This document shows positions 50,656-61,787 of a stretch of DNA of 64,000 nucleotides, one piece after another; position 1 is the first letter of the stretch; the number at the start of each line of letters is the position of its first letter. This DNA is from Cetorhinus maximus (lineage: Eukaryota), in contig NC_135884.1 in assembly GCF_964194155.1 (NCBI RefSeq), positions 37,820,001-37,884,000 on the forward strand, read 5' to 3'. The notes beneath the pieces were generated by a model. That model saw nothing but the letters and a program-made list of their open reading frames with translations, made no database searches and had not been told where the DNA came from. A program made the position numbers and the translations under genes.

Positions 50656-51429
50656 TTGATTGCTTGTTGTTACATCATTAACGCTGCATCATTATAGTAG
50701 GAGGAAGTCTGACAGTGTGTCTTTTCTGCAGCCTGAGAGTACCTCTACATCATGTCCTCAACTTATTCAGGATCAATCCCAGCCAGCACAGCAGGCAAGA
50801 GGCAGCAGGTTCTTGGTTAAATAGAAGTGGTGGTTCGATGGGGAACAATAGTCCTGATGACTAAAGACACAGAATCTGAAATTAAAATGTGAACCTTGAG
50901 AAGACAGATGGCCTTTTTCTCAGTAATGCATCTGTTCAACCTAACTATCAATTGCAGTATGTAGCTCCAAGTCATCCATGCATTTTTTTTAAATATGTTG
51001 ATTGATTTTAGGGAAATCATACCCTGCCACAGTCCTAGACTGATTATTGCATGTTTCGGTACAATTTTAAACCTGTCCAAAACAAAGTAATAATATTTTA
51101 ATGAATTATCTGAATTAAAAACTGGATAAGCTGCCATGCAACATCTGATGACATCAAAACACATTAATATCATTTTCGTAAATATCATAGTTGCGCCTAC
51201 TCATCAGAGATAAAAAGACAAATTCCAAATACTCCAAAACTTTAATCTAATTTCAAGTTCAAATAACAATTACAAACCGCTCCAACAGTTCACATCATTC
51301 GAAGCAATTAATTACAACAATCTATCTGGTGCTCAATGTCAACGTCTGTCAGCACAGTAGACAATAGGAGGCAGGGACTTGGTTAACTAGTGCAGTCAAG
51401 AAACAGTGGCCATGATTTTTTTCTGTCTT

Positions 51430-51618
51430 TTCTCCCATTTCCCCTTATTCTGTTCCTTTTTAAATCCTGTTCATCTGTGGCATCTCCCAGTTCTGAGGAA
51501 AGGTTCAATGTCTGAAAGATCAACTTGTGTTCTTTTAACAGATGCTGCTTTACCTGTTGAGCCCAGCATTTTCTGTTTTTGTTTCAGATTTCCAGCATTT
51601 GCAGTGTTTTGCTTTTAA
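51430..51618 (+). mobile_element. Penelope pLTR/tail relic with degenerate hammerhead
   Basis: agtt-ctgagga-aagg..tct-gaaa-gatc-aact at 51489-51525 followed by gatgctgc..tttccagcatttgcag. Confidence 0.55.
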
Positions 51619-52760
51619 TTACACAACAGGCTTGAATTCACTGAGTTATATGTTACTTTGTTCTTAGAAACTGCAGGCGATAGCATTCACATTTATCTAA
51701 TTAAGTTTTGCAAGTTATTGTTCAGAAAATTGGGACTAAGTTTGCAATGAGGTCTAGAGGCATACAGAAGCGCAAACCTGTCAAGCACAGAGAGCAGGGA
51801 GTAAATAGTAGCAAGTAGTCCTTGGGCTGTGTAATGAATGTCATTGATAATGATACATTCACATGTGGAAAAATACACTATATTCCTGTTAAATTGGCCA
51901 CAGTCTCCAGAATTTCACGCTTTGAAAATATAACTTCTGGCTTTATGACCTGTTACCTCTTTAAACTCTAAGCAATAGCAAAAATACTCCCTACTTCAGT
52001 TCACCACTTGCTGTTTATTGGTAATATCTTTATCGTAATTATCATAACCACGTTTTAAAATTTCCAGTAATTCATATGTTTAGCAATTGTGACTAGCTTT
52101 GTGGTATTATAATTAAAGCTCCAACCCAACACTGTTGTTGAAAGATAAGGAAGCATAATTAAAAATGTTTTTAAAGAAACAAGTGACTTATTAACATAAG
52201 CATGAATATATCCATTAAGACATTAATTAGAACAGAGCTGTCCTGCTTTTAATTTGCTGATATGGGACCATATAAGTTTATCATGGTCATAGTCTGCCCA
52301 ATATTGAGTTAATTATATTGTCAAACCATTGATACGTGTTTGCACATTCTGTTTTAACTGTATGAGGAGTGTACTGGCAATAGTAAATAAATAGGTGTTT
52401 GCTTGGATTATTTAAGAAATGTAATTAAGCATTCTCCACATTGAAATTATTACATTCTGCTTTTCAGAAATAAAGCCCTTCAAAATCGTGTGATATCTCA
52501 TGATTTTAAATATTCTAGTCAAATAACAGGTAACATCTGAGATGTGTCATTCCAGAAGCAGCAGCCCCTTAGGTCTTCTTTTAACTACTATTGTGCAATA
52601 GACTAAGTTTTCTTGGGTCACATATGGTATGATATGAAAATATTGCCATAACAAACCCAGTCTTTGAAGTGTGAAACAATATGAAATGCATCAGTAGCAA
52701 GTAGAAATGCTACTTTGTGCACAACTTTTTAACCCCAGTGTTGCTTTTTGCCGTGATAAT

Positions 52761-53906
52761 GGCCGGGATTTTCTGTGCCCACTGGTGTTGGGCGTGTTCG
52801 GTGGCATGAGCGGACGATATGGTGAGAAGACCAAAAATTAGTTTCACGACATTGTGAAACCAGTTTGCGATCGTCCACACAGCTCGTCGATGGCAGGCTG
52901 CGTTTCTCGCCATTGGGCATCAGGAACCTCATCGTAATTCATCTAATTTTCATTATTAGGCCAGCCCACCGGACTCATCCCCCCACCACCACCACACTGG
53001 ATTGTCTGCCCACATTGGTGGGAGACACAATGATGTGTTTCACAACAGCACAGATAATGCGTGAACTTGGCGGGCTGCACTTCGATCAGGTCAACCATGT
53101 GTGGGTGGTTTTCGATGGCTGCAGGGCTGGGGCTTGCTTGGGGAAGGGGTAGAAGTGACCTCAGGCAAGGGAAGAGGCTGCATGATGAGGGTTGTACTGG
53201 GGAAGGAGGGTATCCCAGGCTGTGTGTGGCAGCACATGTTGATCTGTGCAAGTGGCCTCAAGATGATGAGGGCTGAGGGGGCAGTGTCCAGAGGAGATGA
53301 GGCCAGATGGACATGTGAGGATATGTGTGTGAGAATGTCCCTTGAACTGGCAGTGAGTGAGGTGTCAGTGAATGTGTGATGGGCTTGAGTGTGTGAGTTT
53401 AGAGTGACGAGATGACTGCCATACCCTGGCTGCATGGATGAGATCAGTCATCATTGATCTGCATTGGATGGCCAACCTCTTCTGTGCAGCAATGGCACTG
53501 ATCACCACTGCCAATACCTACCAAGCCAGAGTGGTAATGTTGCTGCCCCTCCTGTGGCCAGAGTGGAGGTAGAAGACATCATAGCGGGCCTCCACGGCGT
53601 CCAAAAGGCACTTGAGAGCTTCAGTCTTCTTGCCTTTCGGAGCCATGTCTTCTTTGCTGCAGTCTTGCGCTGGAAGCACTGAGCACAGCTGTACTTTAAA
53701 TGTGGTGCCTGGTGGCGTGATGAAGCGGCAAGGCGATGGCATGGCTGGCGAATCAGAGCCCGCCTGCCATGTTTCCTGGGAATGCATAATTAATGCAACA
53801 GGTTTGGGACGATACAGCGTGAAAAGCTGGCATTGCGGCCGGCGGGTAAAATGTGGTTTTTCCCACTCGCTACTGCACTTAATGTAAATCTGGGACAATT
53901 CTGCCC
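52761..53906 (-). mobile_element. Complete-ended Harbinger deletion derivative carrying Myb exon 1
   Basis: Ends ggccgggattttc / gacaattctgccc; AAT TSD on both sides; MAPKGKK..LLDAVEAR..HSGHRRGS..AW and intron homologous to 14704-15100. Confidence 0.85.
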
Positions 53907-55572
53907 AATGTTTGTGGGGCACTAAAAGGGGTCTGCAAGATATCATTTAAAGGTTAAACAGCTGTTAGGGTGGAGCATGCCTTTGGAAAAAAATATTTGA
54001 GTCAGTTTCCAAAGATGAATGAATTACTGTTCTCTTTCCCTTTAGACATTTACATAATTGGTACAAAAGGAACAAGGTGTAATGTCCAAGCATCTCAGTT
54101 GCCTTACGCTGCATTCCAATGGTACAGCAGTTTGGCACATTACTGAAAGTCACTACATATTTGTAACTCTTTCGAGTACATTCACAGTTCTTGGTTTCCG
54201 GGAGTGGGACATGAACCCACAACCTTCTGAACTACATATTTGTAGTAGTACCTTGTTTTGATATGTAATTCACACAGTGAGTTAATTTCAGCCAGTGTTA
54301 GGACAGGTGCCAAGTGAAGGTAGTCACTTCATGATAAGGATCAAAGGTATAATATAAACTAGCAAACAATTCAACTGCCAATTGAATGAGCACCTAGGTC
54401 TGGGAAGGAATGCTGCAAGGTACCAGGAGCTTAAAGACTTGTTTTAATTATTTAAAAGCAGGTATACAATATGTGGTATAGTGCACATTACAAACAAATA
54501 TGGTCTATTATGTATCATAATGTGAATGTGTTGATGTAAAGGTTATACTATATGATCCACATACAGTGCCATAGAATGGTAACTGGGTTTATACCCATGG
54601 TTTCCCACACAGTGAGCTCCAATCTCAGATGTGTAGCATTGTGGAAACAAACTATGGAAGCCAGGCACATCCCTATAAAGAGGAATAAAATGAACCTAAG
54701 TGAGAGCAATCCCATGGCTGCTCTCAGATCCCCCTTTATCAGTCATAAAGTTGTACAAAAGAGATCTGGAAGCAAACCATTATAATTAGAACAATTGTGC
54801 GGCAATAATGAGCTGAGATCCAAAAGACAAAATTGTGATAAAACAGAGCAATAAATCAACAATTCTATTTGAAATTAAATACTGACACATTTGATCAAAC
54901 CGTTGCAGGTTTTATGCAATCGCAGCACAAATATGACCTTTCGCACCTCAGCTATATGCAATGTTTTCAGTGTAAACTATCCACATTTTGTTTCCACAAA
55001 GAGTTAACTAGCTGCACATTATTGTTGAACTTTCTGCTCCTAGTATTTTCTATTTAAGAACTATCAAGAATAAATGGGCAACTGGCCAATATCTCCTTTG
55101 TTAACATTTAGGGAAAGATATTATCAGATCATGGACACCCGAAAGTGGGGTTAATTGGAAAGCTCTACTAAAGAGATCGCACAGGCATAATGAGTCAAGT
55201 AGCCTCCTTCTGTGCTGTATCATTCGAAGATTCTATGAACATCTTATTGGAAACAGGTGAAATATTTACTGTTGACATGTTGAACCACAATATTTAATAG
55301 AAAATGAACTGCTATAATCTGCAAAAGTGGTTTGAACACATGATTGGTAATTCAGAAATCAGCCATTAGAATCAGCCATTTTTTAAAAAAGAAGTTTTAT
55401 CTATTCTAATCACTTGTACTGTTGAACACTGCTCTTGTTGTGCAGAAACAGACAGGCATGTAGACGTTCCTGACTCACGTCTCTTTAATCAAAATACACA
55501 GAACCCAGAATGAGAGAAAATCAATACTGCAAAACAATGTTATTGTCAACCCAAAGCAATAAATATTCTTAC

Positions 55573-55620
55573 CTTAGGGATGACTCTCAATGGGCCCAAA
55601 CTGCTTTGAAAACTTGACAA
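55573..55620 (-). CDS. Candidate 48-nt exon of an unidentified host gene
   Basis: tttttcttttacttttag| ... AAG|gtaaga; only frame 0 is open (LSSFQSSLGPLRVIPK); no recognised homology. Confidence 0.3.
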
Positions 55621-55714
55621 CTAAAAGTAAAAGAAAAACAGACATTGTACTATACATATTATATATCAATAAAAACATGCATGTTCCATATGCTGATGGA
55701 GATTAATACAATGT

Positions 55715-56300
55715 ATTTACTGTGGCTACAAGAGCAGGTCCAAGGCTGGGTATTACGCAGAGAATAACTCACCACCTGACTTTCCAAAGTCTTTCCACCA
55801 TCTACAAGGTACAAGTCGGGAACGTGATGGAGTACTCTCCACTTACCTGGATGAGTGCAGTTCCAACAACACTCAAGCAGTTCAACATCATTGAGGACAA
55901 AGTAGTCCACTTGATCGACACTTTAAACATTCACTCCCTCCACCACTAGTGCATTGTGGCTGCAGAGTATGTACCATTTACAAGATGCACTGCAGCAACT
56001 TGCCTTTGACAGCATCTTTTAAACACACCTCTACTACCTAGAACAAGGGCAGCAAGCACATGGGAACACCGCCACTTGCAAGTTTCCCTCTAAGTCACAT
56101 ACCATCCTGTCTTGGAAATATATTGTTATTCCTTCATCAATGCTGATTCTGGATCCTGGAACTCCCTCCCTAGCAGCATTGTGGGTATACCTACACCACA
56201 CAGACTGCAGTGGTACAAGAAGGTGGCTCACTATCATTTTCTTGGGTGTAATTGGGATGGGCAATAAATTCTGGCAAGTTCAGCACTGCACACATGAAAT
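55715..56300 (+). mobile_element. Family-A LINE 3' fragment
   Basis: STIYKVQVGNVMEYSPLTWMSA; tail gggatgggcaataaat. Confidence 0.85.
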
Positions 56301-56394
56301 TAGTGAAATTGTAATACTGCATTTAAAGCAGACATGCATTATTATAAGGCATTGGGAACCATATCTAAACTGTACATCATAGGCATTTAAAATT

Positions 56395-57195
56395 CCAACC
56401 ACAGGATGCTTGGGGAAACATCCCAAGATGCTTCACAGGAACATAATTGGACAAAAATTGACAGGTCTTTAAGGTGGACAGAATGAAGGAGGAAAAAAGA
56501 GGTTTAGGGAGGGAATGACAGAGCTTAAGATCTTAAGATGGCTGAAGGCACAGTGACAAAGAGAAGTCGGGGTATGCCGCAAGAGACAAGAGTTAGAGAA
56601 ATGCACAGCTTTTGCAGTATTGTACAGCTAGAAAAGGCGACAGAGATAGTGACAGACAATTCTATTGAGAGATTTGAACACTAGAATGTAAATTTTAAAA
56701 ATTGAGGCAGTGGTACACTAGGAGCCAATGTACATCAGTGAGAACAGGGATAAGTGGTAAGCAGGACCTGGTGCAGGTTAGAATTTTGGATGAGCTCAAA
56801 TTTATGGGGGGTGGAAAGTGGAAAGGCAGTCAAATGCAGGAAAAAAGGTAAATCTGGAGCTAACAAAAGATGGTTGAGATTTTCAGATAGATAAACTGTG
56901 GCACGGGTGCACACATAAATGTTATTGGTGCAGTCTTTGTGATGAAGAGAATATTGGATCAGAAACTTAGCTCAGGACCAAGTGGGACGCTGAGGTTCAG
57001 CCAGAAATGGTGGCCAGGGAGAGCGATAGAACCAGTGGTGATTTGTTTGTTGCAGGGACTGAAGAAAATAACTTTGGTCTTTCCTGTGATTCACTAGAGG
57101 AAATTGCGGGTCATCCAGGCAAGCCATCTGACAACATAGAGATAGTGGTGAGGTAGAGCTAGGTGTTCTCAGCGTACATGTGGAGACTGAGCCCA
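56395..57195 (-). mobile_element. Old L2 fragment
   Basis: Colinear with 6624-7375 and 60564-62000. Confidence 0.7.
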
Positions 57196-57390
57196 ATTTA
57201 AACTTCCAGATATTCTACAGAATGTACGTAGTTTTTGACTTTATCAGAAGCAGTTTGATTTGAGAAAAAATATAGCTTTAATTATGTCATGTAGTTAACA
57301 TCACTGCCAGTGAAGCAATTAAGACGATAGATGTGCTCACTTTCCATGTAGGTTAGTGCATAGCAATGAGATGTAGCAAACAAAAATAAT

Positions 57391-57519
57391 GGGCGGGATT
57401 TTTCACACCCGCCCGCTGCCGGGATCTTCTGGTCCTGCTGCAAGTCAATGGACTTCTGGCTGGGGCGCCGCCTCGCCCGCGCTGGGTCCCACCCACAACG
57501 GGGCCAGAAAATCCCGGCC
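57391..57519. mobile_element. 129-bp Harbinger-type MITE
   Basis: TIR gggcgggatttt / aaaatcccggcc; AAT TSD. Confidence 0.85.
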
Positions 57520-58036
57520 AATATCTTGTTTTCCACAATTTAGGACTCATATTTTCCCCACTGCCACCATGGCAGCAATCAGCTAATTCATCACCAAGGA
57601 ATCATACAAGGTGGTGCTTAATATGAAAATTCTTGGGTGTTACACGTTTGTCTTTTTATTCTGTTATTTTCCTTGCGCTCAGTGCCAAAGACCATTGCCA
57701 TAAGCGAACATTCAATCCCTATGAACTTCATTGTGAATTTATATAGGCTTTATCTGGTTATGTAACATGTCTAGAAATTGAACAAAAGCCTTTGTTAAGA
57801 TCGTCAGTTTACTGGATTGATCCCAAGCCCTTTCATGATCTGCTAGCCTCCTGAAAATAAAGACACAGGCAGACCGTGGTGTGGGCTAAAACCTACAAAT
57901 TGATTTAAATCAGGAGGTAAACAATAACAAGGAAAATGCAGAAATTGGCATTGTTTTAACTGAAGGTATAATTCCTTTTTGAATATGTTATGTGAGCCTT
58001 CAGAAATACTTGTGGTAAAAATAAGAATTACATAAT

Positions 58037-58169
58037 GGCCGGGATTTTCCGGCCCCATTGTGGGCGGGACCCGCCGTGGGCGCAGTGCCGTCCCAGCCAG
58101 AAGTCCGTTGAGTTGAGTTGAGCGGGACCGGAAGATCCTCGCGGCGGGCGGGTATGGAAAATCCCACCC
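58037..58169. mobile_element. Same MITE family, opposite orientation
   Basis: Reverse complement of 57391-57519 over its full length; left flank AAT. Confidence 0.85.
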
Positions 58170-58782
58170 CCTGTGTCTCACAAAATTCTGATCAATTCTC
58201 CATGGAACTTTCCACTTTTCTTTTGATGATCTTAGACAGTCTAGCGGTCTGGGAGCACAGCAATTCGAATTGAATAGGTATTTCACATAACTCCTTGCGC
58301 AGAATCTTAACTACCAAGTGGTGGGGGAGTGTTAAAGCCCAAAAAGTGTCATTGAGTTGGAAATCCTGTTCAATTTTCAATATAAACCAAGAGGGTTCCA
58401 GACAAGCAGAAATTCCCCCTGGAGCTGTCAGGTCGGTTACGAAAATATTTGAATCCCCAGTTAACTCGAGAGTTAATCCAGAATTTACACAGCCAGGGTA
58501 CAGGTTTCCTCAAACTGTGTGGAATTTGCCAGGCTCAACCAGGCAAGAGCACAGAAGAAGGTGCTTGTTCAGGGAAATTGACTGGCTGAGGAGCCTTCAA
58601 AGAGAAACTGAATAGCTGCATCCCTGCCTAGACGAGAGGCTGGTGCTCACAACACTTCCTTTGAGTATGGGCTTTTACTGCTTAATAGGTGATTTTCAAC
58701 TCCTCGGAAGTCATTTCACCTACATTACACATCAAAGACTTTGATATGTACTTTCCTGCTGTCAGCCTTCACTGCAGCATTT

Positions 58783-59180
58783 TAAAAAATGTATTCTTTC
58801 ATGGGATGTGGATGTCGCTGACAAGGCCAGCATTTGTTGCCCATCCCTAATTGTCCTTGAACTGAGTGGCTTGCTAGGTCGTTTAAGAGGGCAGTTAAGA
58901 GTCAACTACATTGCTGTGGGTCTGGAGTCACATGTAGGCCAGACCAGGTAAGGACAGCAGATTTGCTTCCCTAAAGGACATTAGAGATGGGTTTTTACAA
59001 CAATCAGTGTTAGCTGTCATGGTCACCATTACTGAGACTAGCTTTCAATTCCAGATTTTATTAACTGAATTTAAATTCCACCAGCTGCTGTGGTGGAATT
59101 TTAATCTGTGACCCCTGAGAATTAAATTGGGCCTCTGGATTACTAGTCCAGCAACATTACCACTACATCACCATCTCCCC
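58783..59180 (-). mobile_element. Full-length family-A SINE
   Basis: Tail at 58783, tRNA-like head ending at 59180. Confidence 0.9.
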
Positions 59181-59730
59181 ATGGGAGCAGCTTATGCAGC
59201 TTTACCTTAGACCTTTCATGAGGAAGAAGAGGCACAAGCAACAGTACCAGGGTTACCAGCAACAACAGCACCAGTTACCTTCTCCTCGCCACATGCCACC
59301 AGATACATCAGAGGGGCTGGACAATCCAGCTCAGGAGAGGCAGGAACCCCCGCTCAGGGTTCACAAGCAGAAGATCTGCTCTCTCAACGTGTGAGCCTCA
59401 GGAGGCTCAGACTTTCATAGCAGGTCATTGCTGATATCTTCAGCATCCTGGAGCATGACCTCTTTCCCAGTGGACCATGGGCATGCATTGCCAGTGGCTG
59501 TCAAGGTGGTCCAGCCTCCAGTTGTCCACCCCTCTCTGGAGTTCTGCATTCTCTTCTGCCAGGAGAGAAAGCAGAGAGTTCAACGTAAGAAATGAATTGA
59601 GTGGAGAACAGGGAAGAACAACATTTGTTGGGGATGAGTGGGCAAGGTTGGGAAATAGCACAAAGATGAGGGTGAGTGTGAGTTGGCAGCGGAAGCATTC
59701 CCATGTCTCATTTCCATACCTGCAGTCACT
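59181..59730. mobile_element. Internally deleted Harbinger: transposase N-terminus (+) fused to a Myb exon-2 start (-)
   Basis: (+) RVHKQKICSLN..LRRLRLS.QVIADI..GHALPVAVKV; (-) gt..cag|..KRMQNSREGWTTGG. Confidence 0.6.
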
Positions 59731-60014
59731 GAAGCTTCAGGAAGCAATCAATATTTAACCATTCTGACCCCTTTAACTAGAAATCATTTCCTTGATAGAT
59801 GTTGTGCATAATTTTGCAGCCCTCTGTCATTGGTCAGAGAGCCTGGAAGTGGGATACTCATGCTGAGACTGAGTAAAAGAGCCATGGCAAAACCTGCTTC
59901 AATTACAAACATGTTCCCGATCCATACAGCCCCCACCCACTGCATGCATTTCTGTTATCCTAAAATTCCACCACATGTGTCATGCTGCTTGCCTGACGTT
60001 TCTTCTAATTAAAT

Positions 60015-60229
60015 AGTGGGAAGACTGAAGCCATTGCCAGTCAACAAAATTGTGGCTTTCAAAAGGGAATTGGGTAATTATCTTATATATAATTACATTT
60101 GTAAAGAAAACATTTGCAGGGCTACAGGGAAAGGGTGGGGGAGTGGGACTACCTCAGTTGCTCTTGCAGAGAGCTGGCATGGACACAATGGAGTGAATGG
60201 CCTCTTTCTGTGCTGTAACTATGATTCTT
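60015..60229 (+). mobile_element. CR1 3' tail
   Basis: gaatggcctctttctgtgctgtaactatgattc. Confidence 0.65.
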
Positions 60230-61314
60230 TGACTCCGTCCCTCTCCCTGGCCACTGTGTGAAATTTTCCCCACTGTTTGCAACTGCAGCATCCTTTTTGA
60301 CCATGAGCTGAGCTTCCGGCCCAATGTCCTCTACATCAAGACCATCTATTTCCACCTCCACAACACCACCCATCTACCCCTGTCTCAGTTCATCTGCTGC
60401 TGAAACCTTAATCCATGCCTTTATTATCTCCAGATTCAACTGTTCAAATGCTCTCCTGGCTGGCCTCCACCCCCCTAAAGCTGAATTCATCCAAATCTCT
60501 GCTGCTTGTATCCTATCTGGCACCAAATCCCATTCACCCATCAACATGTGGTCAGTGATCTACAACAACAACTTACATAGTTCCTTTAACCTGATAAAAT
60601 GCCGCAAGGCACTTCACAGGAGGCAAAAGCATAAAGAAACTTAGACGCCAAGCCACATAAGGCAAAATTAGGTCAGATGGTCAAAAGTTTGGTTAAAGAT
60701 GTGAGTTTTAATAAATGTCTGAAAGAAAGAAGAGATTTAGGGAAGTTTAAGGAGGGAATTCCAGAGCATAGGGTATAGGTAGCTGAAGGCACAGCAACCA
60801 ATGCTGGAGCAATTAAAATCGGGATACCCAGAATTAGAGGAGTGCTGATATCTTGGAGGCTTTTGGGGCTGGAGGAGATTACAGAGATACGGAGGGGTGG
60901 GGCCTTAGAGGGATTTGAAAACAAGGCTGAGAATTTTAAATTGAAAATGTTGCTTCACAGAAGCCAACGTAGGTCAGTGAACATAGGGGCGATAGTTGAA
61001 CCTAGACTTGGTGCAAGTAAGGACAGAGTCAGCAGAGTTTTGGATGAACTGAAGGTTAGAGGGTAGAATGTGGGAGACCTGCCAGGAGGACATTGGAATG
61101 GCTAAGTTTAGAGGTAACAAAGGCATGAATGAGAATTTTAGCAGCTGATGAGCTGAGATGGGGCAAAGTCAGATGATCTTACAGCTGTGGAAACAAGCTG
61201 TCTTAAAGGTGACACGTATATCTAGTCGGAAGTTCACTTTGGGATCAAATATGAAAACAAGGTTGTGAACAATCCAGATTAATCTCAGGCAGTTGCCACA
61301 GAGAGGGATGGAGT

Positions 61315-61787
61315 TGTTTTTTTTTTATTTATTGTTTCATGGGATCTGAATGTCATTGGCAAGGCCAGCATTTGTTGCCCATCCCTGAACTGAGTAACTT
61401 TCTAGGCCATTTTAGAGGGTAGTTAAAAGTCAACCACATTACTGTGGATCTGGAGTCACATGGAGGCTAAACCAGGTAAGGATGGCAGATTTTCTTCCTT
61501 CAAGGACATGAGTGAACCAGATGGGTTTTTACAACAATTGATGAGTTTCGTGACCACCATCATAGAAACTAGCTTTCCATTCCAGATTTTAATAACTTAA
61601 TTCAAATTTCACCAGCTGCCGTGGTGAAGTTAGAACCTGTGAACACGAGAGCATTAGCCTGGTTGTGCCACTTCCTTCCTTTCAAATAGCCCACTGGGCC
61701 AAACTTCCCCTAAAGCTCCCCTCGGCCTAGCCCTGAAATCGCAATTAGATTAGTAGTTCTGTGACATTACCACTACACACTGTCTCG
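61315..61787 (-). mobile_element. Family-A SINE inside the inner L2
   Basis: Poly(T), tail, body and head colinear with 58783-59180 apart from an 84-bp insert. Confidence 0.88.
61663..61746 (+). repeat. 84-bp inverted copy of 62617-62700
   Basis: 82 of 84 positions identical to the reverse complement. Confidence 0.95.

Noticed and set aside
54701-54770. Pre-miRNA hairpin
   Set aside because: The stems are too short and interrupted for a ~60-nt precursor.
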